Source of the DNA: an uncultured bacterium
GTDB taxonomy: Bacteria; Bacillota; Clostridia; Lachnospirales; Lachnospiraceae
Assembly (NCBI GenBank): GCA_905216215.1
Contig: CAJMSZ010000002.1
Location: 1,782-65,781, forward strand
Reading direction: 5' to 3'
DNA length: 64,000 nucleotides
A program made the position numbers and the translations under genes. The notes beneath the pieces are model-generated. The model did no database searches. It saw only the letters and a program-made list of their open reading frames with translations, and was not told the DNA's origin. This document shows positions 40,290-50,027 of this stretch, in pieces. Each line of letters opens with the position of its first letter. The first letter of the stretch is position 1.

Positions 40290-41606
40290 CTATTCCTCCA
40301 TCTGTAATATCGCATCTATCAAATCTTGTCCGCTTGATTTTACAACATCTATTCTTACTTGTAAAGCTTCTGATAACTGGGAAATGGTCATATCATCCAA
40401 AAAAACATCTTCTTCATTTCGCAGCATAGCTATCGGAAGCAAAAGTCTGTCCCCCAACTTCTGTCCGGTAAGCTGCGCTTTCAAGTCCTGTCCCGTAATC
40501 AGCCCTGCTACGGTAATGCTTTCTCCAAAGAAATCATTACGGATGCAATAAACCTGCATATCCAGGTTCGGGTATTTCTCCGTCAGGCGCTCTGCCATCT
40601 GCTTTATAAATGGATAAGCAAGCTTTCCGGTTGCCAGTGAGGCATGTCTTTCCTTCGCATCCCCTTCAAGCTTCTGAAAGCCTTCCTCAAATTCATTGAG
40701 AAGCAGCCGCATCATGCCTACTCCATTTTCCAATTGCAGATAGCCATCGTACCGTTCTTCTTCCGGCACATCCACCTCTGCAAGCAGATACCATTCATCT
40801 CCTGCATGAATGAAATGCGTGCCATATTCCTGATAAAGCTTGTCCTGCCATTTATGAATAATTCCAAGAACTTCTCTTGCATCCTCTTTCTGAAATGGCT
40901 CCAGTGGATACAGTCCTTCCCGGTATTTTGTCATGCCAACCGGCACTACCGAAACACTCTGCAGATTCGGCATCCATTTTACCATGTCTCGGATGCTTCG
41001 CTCCAGTTCCTCTCCATCATTGATTCCCTTGCAGAGCACAATCTGCCCATTCATGGTAATTCCGCCCTCATACAGGGTCTGAATCTTCTTAAGTGCCTCT
41101 CCGGCAAAACGGTTGTGCAGCATCTTACACCGCAATTCTGGATTGGTTGTATGAATCGACACATTAATCGGCTCCAGATGGTACTGTACAATTCGCTCCA
41201 CATCATGGTCGCTCATGTTGGTAAGGGTGATATAATTGCCCTGCAAAAAGGACAATCTGGAATCATCGTCTTTGAAATAAAGCGTTTCCCTCATTCCGGG
41301 AGGCATCTGGTCGATGAAACAGAACATGCATTTATTTCTGCAGGAACGGTATTCGTCCATCAGTCCACTTTCAAATGTAATTCCAAGGTCCTCTTCATAA
41401 TTCTTTTCGATTTCCAGTTCCCATTCTTCTCCGTCTGGTTTCCGGATCAAAACAAGCAGTTCTTCGTCATTTACGTAATAATGATAATCAAATACGTCTT
41501 CTATTATATGTTTATTAATCTGAAGCAGAACATCTCCGGGCTCCACACCAAGTTCCCAGGCAATACTGCCTTCTTCCACTTCTTTCACTCTGTGTTCCTG
41601 TTTCAT
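40290..41606 (-). CDS. DUF512 domain protein (PDZ plus radical-SAM-like).
   Basis: PDZ-like N-terminus (IAWELGVEPGDVLLQINKH), a Cys cluster CRNKCMFCFIDQ, and a DUF512-type C-terminus. This gene commonly neighbours der in Clostridia. Confidence 0.8.
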   Translation of the reverse strand: MKQEHRVKEVEEGSIAWELGVEPGDVLLQINKHIIEDVFDYHYYVNDEELLVLIRKPDGEEWELEIEKNYEEDLGITFESGLMDEYRSCRNKCMFCFIDQMPPGMRETLYFKDDDSRLSFLQGNYITLTNMSDHDVERIVQYHLEPINVSIHTTNPELRCKMLHNRFAGEALKKIQTLYEGGITMNGQIVLCKGINDGEELERSIRDMVKWMPNLQSVSVVPVGMTKYREGLYPLEPFQKEDAREVLGIIHKWQDKLYQEYGTHFIHAGDEWYLLAEVDVPEEERYDGYLQLENGVGMMRLLLNEFEEGFQKLEGDAKERHASLATGKLAYPFIKQMAERLTEKYPNLDMQVYCIRNDFFGESITVAGLITGQDLKAQLTGQKLGDRLLLPIAMLRNEEDVFLDDMTISQLSEALQVRIDVVKSSGQDLIDAILQMEE

Positions 41607-41787
41607 GAAAACTAATCTCCCATTCTAAGCACACTATGGCACTGTACTATACATGATACCCGATTTTCTTCAAAAAAGCAATTTTTTACCCCTGCTTTCT
41701 TGCCTTTACACAGAAATAATGGTATAAATGTATCAGATAAATATAGAAACTGCTGTAAAACTGCAGTTGACTTTCGGGAGGCACCTA

Positions 41788-42953
41788 TGAATAATATTCA
41801 GAACATGGAGCGCAAACTGCCTGTAGCTCCACTTAAGATCGCAGCACTGAAGAGCTGTGAAGACCTTGCCAAAAAGGTAGATGACTATATCGTATCTTTC
41901 CGGCAAAATTCGTTAACCGACTTAGACCGCAACCTGTATTCCACTTACGAATGTGATTCTTATCTGACAGATATCTCTTGCCCACGTTTTGGTTCTGGAG
42001 AAGCAAAAGGTGTCATCAATGAAAGTGTTCGTGGAAAAGACTTGTTTGTCATGGTAGATGTCTGCAACTACAGTCTCACTTATAAAGTAGGCGGTCTGGT
42101 AAATCATATGTCACCAGATGACCACTATCAGGATTTGAAACGTATTATTTCTGCAGCAACCGGCAAAGCCCATCGTGTTAACGTAATTATGCCTTTCTTA
42201 TATGAAAGCAGACAGCACAAGCGTACCAAACGCGAATCCTTAGACTGTGCATTTGCACTGCAGGAACTGGTAGACATGGGTGTATCCAATATCATTACTT
42301 TTGATGCCCATGACCCACGTGTTCAGAACGCCATTCCACTTCACGGATTTGACAGTTTCAATCCGCCATACCAGTTTATGAAAGCACTGCTTCGTGCAGA
42401 GCCGGATTTAAAAATTGATAAAGAGCATTTGACCATTATCAGTCCGGATGAAGGTGCCATGGGAAGAGCTGTTTATCTTGCCAATGTCCTTGGTGTAGAT
42501 ATGGGTATGTTCTACAAGAGACGTGATTATTCCAAAATCGTAGGTGGTAAGAATCCAATCGTTGCACATGAATATCTGGGTGATGACCTGCACGGCAAGA
42601 CAGTCATTATCATGGACGATATGATTTCTTCCGGCGGAAGTATGCTGGACACATCAAAGCAGTTAAAGGAACGTGGTGCAGAAAAAGTATTTATCTGTAC
42701 TACATTTGGTCTTTTCACAGATGGTCTTGATAAGTTTGATGAATTCTATAACAAAGGATATCTCGACAGAGTGATTACAACAAACCTTACTTATCTTCCA
42801 CCTGAACTGGAAACCAAGCCATATTTCATTAAGGCAGATATGAGTAAGTTCCTTGCACTTATTATTGACTCTATGAATCATGATACTCCAATCAGTGATG
42901 TACTGGTTCCGACAGACCGCATTCATGATTTATTAGATAAGTATCATAAATAA
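41788..42953 (+). CDS. Ribose-phosphate pyrophosphokinase-family protein (long form).
   Basis: PRTase fold motifs (ITFDAHDPRVQNAI, VIIMDDMISSGGSM). The ORF-track start at 41700 is probably too early; an ATG at 41788 gives MNNIQNMERKLPVAPLKIAAL. Confidence 0.8.
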
Positions 42954-42967
42954 CATTTATTATTTTC

Positions 42968-43010
42968 AAAAACCCCCTCGGCTGACTGCCGGGAGGGTTT
43001 TATCATCTCT
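42968..43010. terminator. Bidirectional terminator between prs (+) and aroB (-).
   Basis: AAAAACCCCCTCGGCTGACTGCCGGGAGGGTTTT, a GC-rich stem with A and T flanks. Confidence 0.6.
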
Positions 43011-43015
43011 AAATT

Positions 43016-44083
43016 CTAACAATATTCTTTTTCTACAAAAAATCCCACATCCGTCGGATATACGTAAGAATCTCCTATTTCACGCAGCAGAACAACTTTC
43101 AACTGATTGTTCAGATTCTTTTTGTCCAGCTTCATTGCATCCGTAAGTTCACACATAGGAATATTTGCTTCCACCGGAAGTCCATAGGATTCTAGTACTT
43201 TCCGAATCCGTTCTGCACTTCCTTCTTTCGTCAATCCTTTTTCTTCTGCGATTCTTGTAATCTGGTACATTCCAATGGCAACTGCCTCGCCATGACTTTC
43301 CCGTTCATAATGGTAATACTGTTCAATTGCATGTGCCAACGTATGACCGAAATTCAGAAGAATTCTTTCGCCAAAATCAAATTCGTCATTTTCTACCACA
43401 ACTCTTTTGATATCCACACAGGCTGCAATTACCTCTGTCATTCGCTCTTTCAGCTTTTCATAGGAACCGCAGGACTCTAATTCATCAAATAACGCAGCAT
43501 TCTTGATACAACCATACTTGATTACTTCTCCCATACCATCAATCACATATCTTTCCGGAAGGGTATCAAGTACATCCGGGTCGATAAGAACCATCTGAGG
43601 CTGATAAAAAGCGCCTACCAGATTCTTCCCTTCCGGAAGGTCGACAGCCACTTTACCGCCAACAGAGGAATCTACCTGAGCAAGAATGGAAGTTGGAATC
43701 TGTACAAACTTGATTCCTCTCAGGTAAGTGGCTGCAACAAATCCGGCCAGGTCTCCAACAACTCCTCCACCCAAAGCAACAATCAAATCTGTTCTGGATA
43801 TTTTGGCTTTCAGCATCTGACTGTACACTCCGGGAAGTATATGAATACTTTTTGACGATTCCCCATGAGGAATCACAATATCATGGCATTCAAACTTTTC
43901 TGCCAAGATACGCTTTAATCGTTCTCCATAATAAGAGTAAACCCTGTCATCTGAGATAATCATAATTTTCTTTCCCTGATAAATCTCAGAAATCCGTTCT
44001 GCTGCCTGGGATAACATTCCTCTTCCAATATAAATCGGATAACTGTGTTCTTTTAAATCAACTATCATTTTCATGAAATTCAC
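43016..44083 (-). CDS. aroB: 3-dehydroquinate synthase.
   Basis: GGGVVGDLAGFVAATYLRGI and the metal-binding His region (HTLAHAIE). Confidence 0.92.
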   Translation of the reverse strand: MNFMKMIVDLKEHSYPIYIGRGMLSQAAERISEIYQGKKIMIISDDRVYSYYGERLKRILAEKFECHDIVIPHGESSKSIHILPGVYSQMLKAKISRTDLIVALGGGVVGDLAGFVAATYLRGIKFVQIPTSILAQVDSSVGGKVAVDLPEGKNLVGAFYQPQMVLIDPDVLDTLPERYVIDGMGEVIKYGCIKNAALFDELESCGSYEKLKERMTEVIAACVDIKRVVVENDEFDFGERILLNFGHTLAHAIEQYYHYERESHGEAVAIGMYQITRIAEEKGLTKEGSAERIRKVLESYGLPVEANIPMCELTDAMKLDKKNLNNQLKVVLLREIGDSYVYPTDVGFFVEKEYC

Positions 44084-45097
44084 CTAGATATCTTTTCCTA
44101 CTACCTTTGCTATCTGAACAACTTCTTTCATCAAGTTACTGTACTTCTCTGGTTTCAGTGACTGTCCACCATCGCAAAGTGCACATTCCGGATTATTATG
44201 CACTTCAATCATAAGTCCATCCGCACCTGTTGCCACTGCTGCCTTTGCCATTGGTTCTACCAGCCACCATTTTCCTCCTGCATGACTTGGATCTACAATG
44301 ATTGGAAGGTGACTGCGCTGCTTCATAACCGGAATTGCCTGAAGGTCCAGTGTATTTCTTGTATATGTTTCAAACGTACGGATTCCTCTTTCACAGAAAA
44401 TGATATTTGGGTTTCCGGCTGCCATAATATATTCAGCTGACATTACCCATTCTTCGAAAGTAGCATTCAGACCTCTCTTAAGCAAAATCGGTTTCTTTGT
44501 CTGTCCAAGCTTTTTCAAAAGGTCAAAGTTCTGCATATTTCTTGCCCCAATCTGAATCAAATCCACTTTTTCATCAAACAGTTCCAGATACTCAGCTGAC
44601 ATCAGTTCTGTACAGATTGGAAGTCCAGTCACTTCTCTGGCCTTGCAAAGGTATTCCAATCCCTGAACACCAAGTCCCTGGAAAGAATATGGGCTGGTTC
44701 TTGGCTTGAACGCACCGCCTCTCAAAATATTTGCTCCTGCCTCTTTGACAGCCTTGGCAACCTCGATTACCTGTTCTTCTGTCTCTACGGAACAAGGACC
44801 AGCTATCATAGCCATATGTCCGCCACCAACTTTCACACCTGCTACATCTACAATGGTATCCTCCGGATGGAACGCACGGTTTGCCAGTTTGTATGGCTCC
44901 TGTACATGCATAACCTTCTCTACGCTCTTATCTACTTCGAATAACCTCGCGTCTACCTTCACTGTATCTCCGATACATCCAATAATCGTCAAATCCTCAC
45001 CGACGACAGTATGCACCTCCAGTCCTTTGGCACGGACCATGTCCTCCACCCGTTTTACATTCTCCTCACTTGTCTTTGGTTTTAATACAATAATCAT
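44084..45097 (-). CDS. aroF: 3-deoxy-7-phosphoheptulonate (DAHP) synthase, type I-beta with an N-terminal regulatory domain.
   Basis: An N-terminal ferredoxin-like extension, then a KDO8PS/DAHPS I-beta core (GPCSVE, LRGGAFKPRTSPYSFQG). It abuts aroB. Confidence 0.9.
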   Translation of the reverse strand: MIIVLKPKTSEENVKRVEDMVRAKGLEVHTVVGEDLTIIGCIGDTVKVDARLFEVDKSVEKVMHVQEPYKLANRAFHPEDTIVDVAGVKVGGGHMAMIAGPCSVETEEQVIEVAKAVKEAGANILRGGAFKPRTSPYSFQGLGVQGLEYLCKAREVTGLPICTELMSAEYLELFDEKVDLIQIGARNMQNFDLLKKLGQTKKPILLKRGLNATFEEWVMSAEYIMAAGNPNIIFCERGIRTFETYTRNTLDLQAIPVMKQRSHLPIIVDPSHAGGKWWLVEPMAKAAVATGADGLMIEVHNNPECALCDGGQSLKPEKYSNLMKEVVQIAKVVGKDI

Positions 45098-45099
45098 AA

Positions 45100-45420
45100 T
45101 GAAATCCTTCCTGCTACTATTGAATAAAAAAAATCCTCTGCAATACGCAGAGGACGAAAGAAATCTATACTTCGTGGTTCCACCTCAATTCACAGACACT
45201 TCACAGTGACTGCCTCAGCAGGTACGCCAAAAATGGTTATACCCTTGCAGATAACGGTTGCTTCCGGAAATGCCTACTCAAACCTGTTCATGTTGTTCAG
45301 CACTCTACTCCAAGACGAATTCAATATAACTACTTGTTTCCTCTTCCACCAGACGAGGACTCTCTGTGACATCTCATTATACCTACTATTTCTCTTCATC
45401 GTATTTCAACAGTAGACTTT
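45100..45420 (-). ncRNA. T-box riboswitch leader upstream of aroF-aroB.
   Basis: On the minus strand AAUUGAGGUGGAACCACGAAG resembles the T-box AAUUAGGGUGGUACCGCG. It is followed by the terminator CCUCUGCGUAUUGCAGAGG and a U8 run at about 45105-45140. Upstream are AGAGAG and a candidate specifier region GAAUUCG / CUUGGAG. Confidence 0.55.
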
Positions 45421-45469
45421 ATTAACTTGTGCTATATGATAACTCACTTTCTTCGAATTGTCAATGACC

Positions 45470-46339
45470 TTATCGATGAAAATATTCATGCTTAATTACA
45501 TCAACCGGCATTTTTTCACCAGTCCACAATTCAAAAGACGCTGCGCCCTGATAAAGCAGCATATTCAAGCCGTTTTGCGTCTCACATCCGGCAACCTTTG
45601 CCTTCTTCAGAAGTAATGTCTCTTCAGGATTATAAATTACATCAAACACATAGAGGTCTTTCCGGAAAACACTGTCATCCGTAATAAGGCATTCTTCCGT
45701 AGCCGGTGCCATCCCAACAGAAGTTCCATTTACCAAAATTGTACTCTCCTCTATTTCTTTTTTCAGAAGTTCTGCATCCGAAAAATCATGCAAATGCAGA
45801 TTACAATCTGTCTCTTCTTTCAATACTTGAATAATATGTTCTGCTCTTGCAAAAAAGTCACCACGTCTGTTGAATACCGCAATCTCAGCCACACCATCAA
45901 GGGCTGCCTGAATCATAATAGCTACCGATGCGCCTCCGGCTCCAAGAAGTGTCATCTTCTTGCCGATAATATTCTTTCCATCTTCTTTCACCGCACGCAT
46001 AAAACCGATTCCATCTGTGGTATACCCCTTAAATACTCCGTCTTCGTTGACAATCGTATTCACTGCACCGCCAATCTTTGCTGCCGGTGACAGCTCATCC
46101 GCCAGCTCACACATCTTGTTTTTGTTTGGCATTGTCAGATTAAAACCCTTTACCCCAAGTGCTTTTAAACCAGCTACAGCTGTCTCCAGATTCTCTGTCC
46201 CTACATCAAACGCAAGATATGCATAATCCAGTCCCATCTGATGAAAGGCTTCATTATGCATCATAGGCGAAATGCTATGAGCCACAGGACTTCCAAGAAG
46301 CCCTATAAGTTTTGTACGTCCTGTAATCTCGTATTTCAT
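45470..46339 (-). CDS. aroE: Shikimate dehydrogenase.
   Basis: LIGLLGSPVAHSISPMMHNEAF and the NADP Rossmann motif LLGAGGAS. Confidence 0.92.
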   Translation of the reverse strand: MKYEITGRTKLIGLLGSPVAHSISPMMHNEAFHQMGLDYAYLAFDVGTENLETAVAGLKALGVKGFNLTMPNKNKMCELADELSPAAKIGGAVNTIVNEDGVFKGYTTDGIGFMRAVKEDGKNIIGKKMTLLGAGGASVAIMIQAALDGVAEIAVFNRRGDFFARAEHIIQVLKEETDCNLHLHDFSDAELLKKEIEESTILVNGTSVGMAPATEECLITDDSVFRKDLYVFDVIYNPEETLLLKKAKVAGCETQNGLNMLLYQGAASFELWTGEKMPVDVIKHEYFHR

Positions 46340-46354
46340 TCTAATCTTCTCTTT

Positions 46355-47599
46355 CTATTCTGTCTTTTTCCAAAAGCCGAAATACTTTTCACCATTTTCC
46401 AGCTTCACGCCACGTGCTTTCGCCATCTCACTGACCGTTACAAGCTTATAGCCCTTCTCCTGCAGTGCAGGAATCAACTGAATTGCTGCCTCCACGCTCT
46501 GCTCGTGGATGTCATGCATAAGAATAATATCTCCATCTCCGGCATTCGTCAGCACATTCTCTATAGTTGCATTGGCATCCTTTGTTTTCCAGTCCAGTGT
46601 ATCTACTGACCATAGAATCATCGGCATACCTACATTCTGTTTCACGTTATCGTCCACTGCACCATATGGTGGACGAAGCAAAGTTGCCGACTTATCTACC
46701 ACCTTCTCTATTTCACCGTTTGTATCATTTACCTGACCCTGAATTCCCTCCGGAGTCAGTTTGGTAAGCTGTGCATGATCATAAGAATGATTTCCAAGCT
46801 CACAGCCAATCTCTAGCATCCGCTTCACTTCTTCCGGATACTTCGGTACATTCTTTCCTACCATAAAGAATGTTGCATGGGCTCCATACTGTTCTAAAGC
46901 ATCCAAAAGCTTTGAGGTATATTTACCCGGTCCATCATCAAAAGTCAGTGCAATCATTGGCTGGTCATATGCTTCTTCCGCTGCTTTATTCAATTCCTCT
47001 TCGTGTTCTTTATCGATTTCTTTTACAGTAAATGTTCCTTTTTTCGTATGAATGGCCACCTTATCCAGCCATTCTGTATTAAGCGGTGTAGCTACCGCAC
47101 TTGTCAAAACCGCTGAAATAGAATATTCACCGACTTCCATCCCATCTCCATCAGACTCCAGCGTATAACCCGAACCATTCTGCAACTCATCTATTAAATC
47201 CTGAATGGTATAATCCGTCTCTTCATCCAACACAACGGAAGTATCTCCCTCACAGCTTACCTCCGCTGTGAAAACCGGCTTTTCTTCTCCCACATACATC
47301 TCAGCGTCCTGCACCGTCAAATCAATTTCCACTACTTTATCCTTAAACAAAGCTGTTGCTCTGGTGCCAACGCAAACAAGTAATAGAACTGCTGCAAAGA
47401 CTCCGATAATTCCCCATATGGGAATCGGTCTTTTGTTTCTTTTCTTCCATCGTCTTTTCTGCCCTTTATTTCCTAAGCTTCTTGCTTTCTGCCTTCTTCG
47501 TTTCCAATTATGTATCCTTCGTTGTATATTCATCTTTTGCTGTTCTTCTTTCCCATTATTTACATTCATTATAAGACAACTGACCTTGAGATTCAACAC
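46355..47599 (-). CDS. Membrane-anchored polysaccharide deacetylase (NodB/CE4 family).
   Basis: A C-terminal NodB domain (LTFDDGPGKYTSKLLDAL, CELGNHSYDH, LRPPYG), an N-terminal Lys/Arg-rich segment, then a TM helix (IPIWGIIGVFAAVLLLVCV). Confidence 0.85.
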   Translation of the reverse strand: MLNLKVSCLIMNVNNGKEEQQKMNIQRRIHNWKRRRQKARSLGNKGQKRRWKKRNKRPIPIWGIIGVFAAVLLLVCVGTRATALFKDKVVEIDLTVQDAEMYVGEEKPVFTAEVSCEGDTSVVLDEETDYTIQDLIDELQNGSGYTLESDGDGMEVGEYSISAVLTSAVATPLNTEWLDKVAIHTKKGTFTVKEIDKEHEEELNKAAEEAYDQPMIALTFDDGPGKYTSKLLDALEQYGAHATFFMVGKNVPKYPEEVKRMLEIGCELGNHSYDHAQLTKLTPEGIQGQVNDTNGEIEKVVDKSATLLRPPYGAVDDNVKQNVGMPMILWSVDTLDWKTKDANATIENVLTNAGDGDIILMHDIHEQSVEAAIQLIPALQEKGYKLVTVSEMAKARGVKLENGEKYFGFWKKTE

Positions 47600-47692
47600 G
47601 AATACTTATTAAATATTATGTTATTTCTGTAAATATTTGTAATATCTTCTGCCCAAAAAGAAGCGAATAATTTTTATCGAAATCGGAAACAT

Positions 47693-47727
47693 ATGAAAAG
47701 GATTTTCCATACCGGAAAATCCTTTTC
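47693..47727. terminator. Intrinsic terminator downstream of serA.
   Basis: AAAAGGATTTTCC-atac-CGGAAAATCCTTTT. Confidence 0.65.
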
Positions 47728-47737
47728 TATTGATTCA

Positions 47738-48901
47738 TTATTTGATTATACGCACACGGCACACGCCTTCCACTGCGCCTAACTCTTGCTCGATTTCAGC
47801 AGTTACGTCAGAATCCACATCAATCATAGTGTACGCGTATTCTCCTCTGCTTTTATTGAGCATATTTGCAATATTCACATGTTCCTTCGTCAGAATTGCC
47901 GTAAACTGTCCAATCATATTTACCATATTTTTATGAAGAATGGTAATCCGGACTTTCTCTCTGGCTCCCATCTCACAATTCGGATAATTCACAGAATTAT
48001 GAATGTTTCCATTTTCCAGATAATCACGGATTTCTTTCGCTGCCATCACTGCACAATTATCTTCTGCTTCTGCAGTAGATGCACCAAGATGCGGAATCAC
48101 AATGGTATTTGGTGCTTTCACAATCTCAGACGTAGCAAAATCCGTCACATAACGTTTCACTTTTCCGTTTTCCAGTGCCGGAATCACTGCCTCACTCTTT
48201 ACCAATACATCTCTTGAGAAATTGAGAAGCACCACCTTATCTTTCATCATGGCAATTGCTGCTTCATCAATCATTCCCTTTGTAGAATCCATGGCAGGAA
48301 CGTGAATGGTAATATAATCACATTCTCTATAAATTTCTTCCACATTCTTTGCATGGTAAACATCCTTCGAAAGCTTCCATGCCGCCTCTACAGATATATA
48401 TGGGTCATACCCATAGACTTCCATTCCAAGCTGAAGCGCTGCGTTCGCAACCAGGGCACCGATAGCTCCAAGTCCGATAACGCCAAGCTTTTTGCCTGTA
48501 ATCTCACATCCGGCAAATGCTTTCTTTGCCTTTTCCGCAGACTTTGCAATGTTTTCATCGTCTTGATTTGCTTTTACCCAGTCAATACCGCCTACAATAT
48601 CACGGGATGCCAGAAACAGTCCTGCAAGCACCAGTTCTTTTACACCGTTTGCATTGGCTCCCGGTGTGTTGAAGACAACAATCCCCTTTTCTGCGCATTT
48701 ATCCAGTGGGATGTTGTTAACTCCCGCACCGGCTCTTCCGATTACTTTCAACTTTGTATCAAATTCCATTTCATGCATTCCGGCACTTCTTACCAGAATA
48801 GCATCTGCATCCTTAATTTCTTCTGTCTTTGTAAAATTCTGTCCTAAGCCATTTAATCCAACCTGTGCAATTGGATTCAGGCAATAATACTCATATCCCA
48901 T
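47738..48901 (-). CDS. serA: D-3-phosphoglycerate dehydrogenase.
   Basis: D-isomer 2-hydroxyacid dehydrogenase fold (GVIGLGAIGALVA, catalytic His region) plus a C-terminal ACT domain. It overlaps the serC stop. Confidence 0.9.
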   Translation of the reverse strand: MGYEYYCLNPIAQVGLNGLGQNFTKTEEIKDADAILVRSAGMHEMEFDTKLKVIGRAGAGVNNIPLDKCAEKGIVVFNTPGANANGVKELVLAGLFLASRDIVGGIDWVKANQDDENIAKSAEKAKKAFAGCEITGKKLGVIGLGAIGALVANAALQLGMEVYGYDPYISVEAAWKLSKDVYHAKNVEEIYRECDYITIHVPAMDSTKGMIDEAAIAMMKDKVVLLNFSRDVLVKSEAVIPALENGKVKRYVTDFATSEIVKAPNTIVIPHLGASTAEAEDNCAVMAAKEIRDYLENGNIHNSVNYPNCEMGAREKVRITILHKNMVNMIGQFTAILTKEHVNIANMLNKSRGEYAYTMIDVDSDVTAEIEQELGAVEGVCRVRIIK

Positions 48902-49989
48902 TACACATGTTCCTCCTCGAATTTCTTCATAAATGCTACCAGTGCTTCCACACCTTCATATGGCATGGCATTATAAATACTTGCACGCATACCACCGACA
49001 GTTCTGTGGCCCTTCAGATTTTCCAGTCCTGCCGCCTTTGCTTCTTTTACAAATTTGGCATCCAGCTCTTCGTCGCCAGTTACAAATGGTACATTCATTA
49101 AAGAACGGTCTTTCTTCTCCACCGTGCCCTTAAACAATTTACTCTCATCCAAGAAATCATAAAGAAGTTTCGCCTTCTTCTCATTGCGCTCCTTCATTAC
49201 TTCCAGTCCACCCATTTTTTTCAGCCATTTAAACACTTTACCGCAAATGTAAATACCATAAGCCGGTGGTGTATTGTAAAGAGACTTTGCGTCTGCGTGG
49301 GTCTTATACTGAAGCATGGTCGGTGTGCCCGGAAGCACATCTTCCGTTATCAAATCTTCCCGGATAATCACAATGACCGTTCCTGCAGGTCCGATGTTTT
49401 TCTGGACTCCGCCATATATGATACCATATTTGGTCACATCTACCGGTTCTGACAAGAAACAAGAAGAAACATCTGCCACAAGGGTTTTTCCTTTGGTATT
49501 TGGAAGTTCTTTAAATTTCGTTCCATAAATCGTGTTATTTTCACAGATATACACATAATCTGCATCTTCAGAAACCGGAAGGTCTGAGCAGTCCGGTATG
49601 TAGGAAAATGTCTTATCTGCAGAAGAGGCAATGCGGTTCACCTTGCCGTATTTTTCTGCTTCTGCTGCAGCTTTCTTTGCCCATTGTCCTGTAATAATAT
49701 AATCTGCCACTTTATTTTTCATCAAATTCATTGGAATCATGGCAAACTGCTGGCTTGCACCGCCCTGTAAGAACAAAACCTTATAATTGTCAGGAATGTT
49801 CATGAGCTCACGCAAATCCTGCTCAGCTTCTGTGATGATTGTTTCAAAAGCTTTGGAGCGATGACTCATCTCCATAACGGACATTCCCGTGCCTCTGTAA
49901 TTAAGCATTTCATCTGCTGCTTCTTTGAGTACCTCTTCCGGCAATACCGCCGGTCCTGCTGAAAAGTTATACACGCGTCCCATAAACAT
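48901..49989 (-). CDS. serC: Phosphoserine aminotransferase.
   Basis: YNFSAGPAVLPEEVL and the PLP-Lys region (GGVQKNIGPAG). 362 aa. Confidence 0.92.
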   Translation of the reverse strand: MFMGRVYNFSAGPAVLPEEVLKEAADEMLNYRGTGMSVMEMSHRSKAFETIITEAEQDLRELMNIPDNYKVLFLQGGASQQFAMIPMNLMKNKVADYIITGQWAKKAAAEAEKYGKVNRIASSADKTFSYIPDCSDLPVSEDADYVYICENNTIYGTKFKELPNTKGKTLVADVSSCFLSEPVDVTKYGIIYGGVQKNIGPAGTVIVIIREDLITEDVLPGTPTMLQYKTHADAKSLYNTPPAYGIYICGKVFKWLKKMGGLEVMKERNEKKAKLLYDFLDESKLFKGTVEKKDRSLMNVPFVTGDEELDAKFVKEAKAAGLENLKGHRTVGGMRASIYNAMPYEGVEALVAFMKKFEEEHV

Positions 49990-50027
49990 TCCCCTTTCTC
50001 TTCTAATTCTTTTTTATTTGGATTGTT

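Noticed and set aside
40644-41615. A 323-aa plus-strand ORF lying entirely antisense to the DUF512 gene.
   Set aside because: The composition is dominated by F/I/L/K/N, as expected from the reverse complement of AT-rich coding sequence. It has no motifs. The minus-strand frame has clear DUF512/PDZ/radical-SAM-like homology. I treat it as a spurious antisense ORF.
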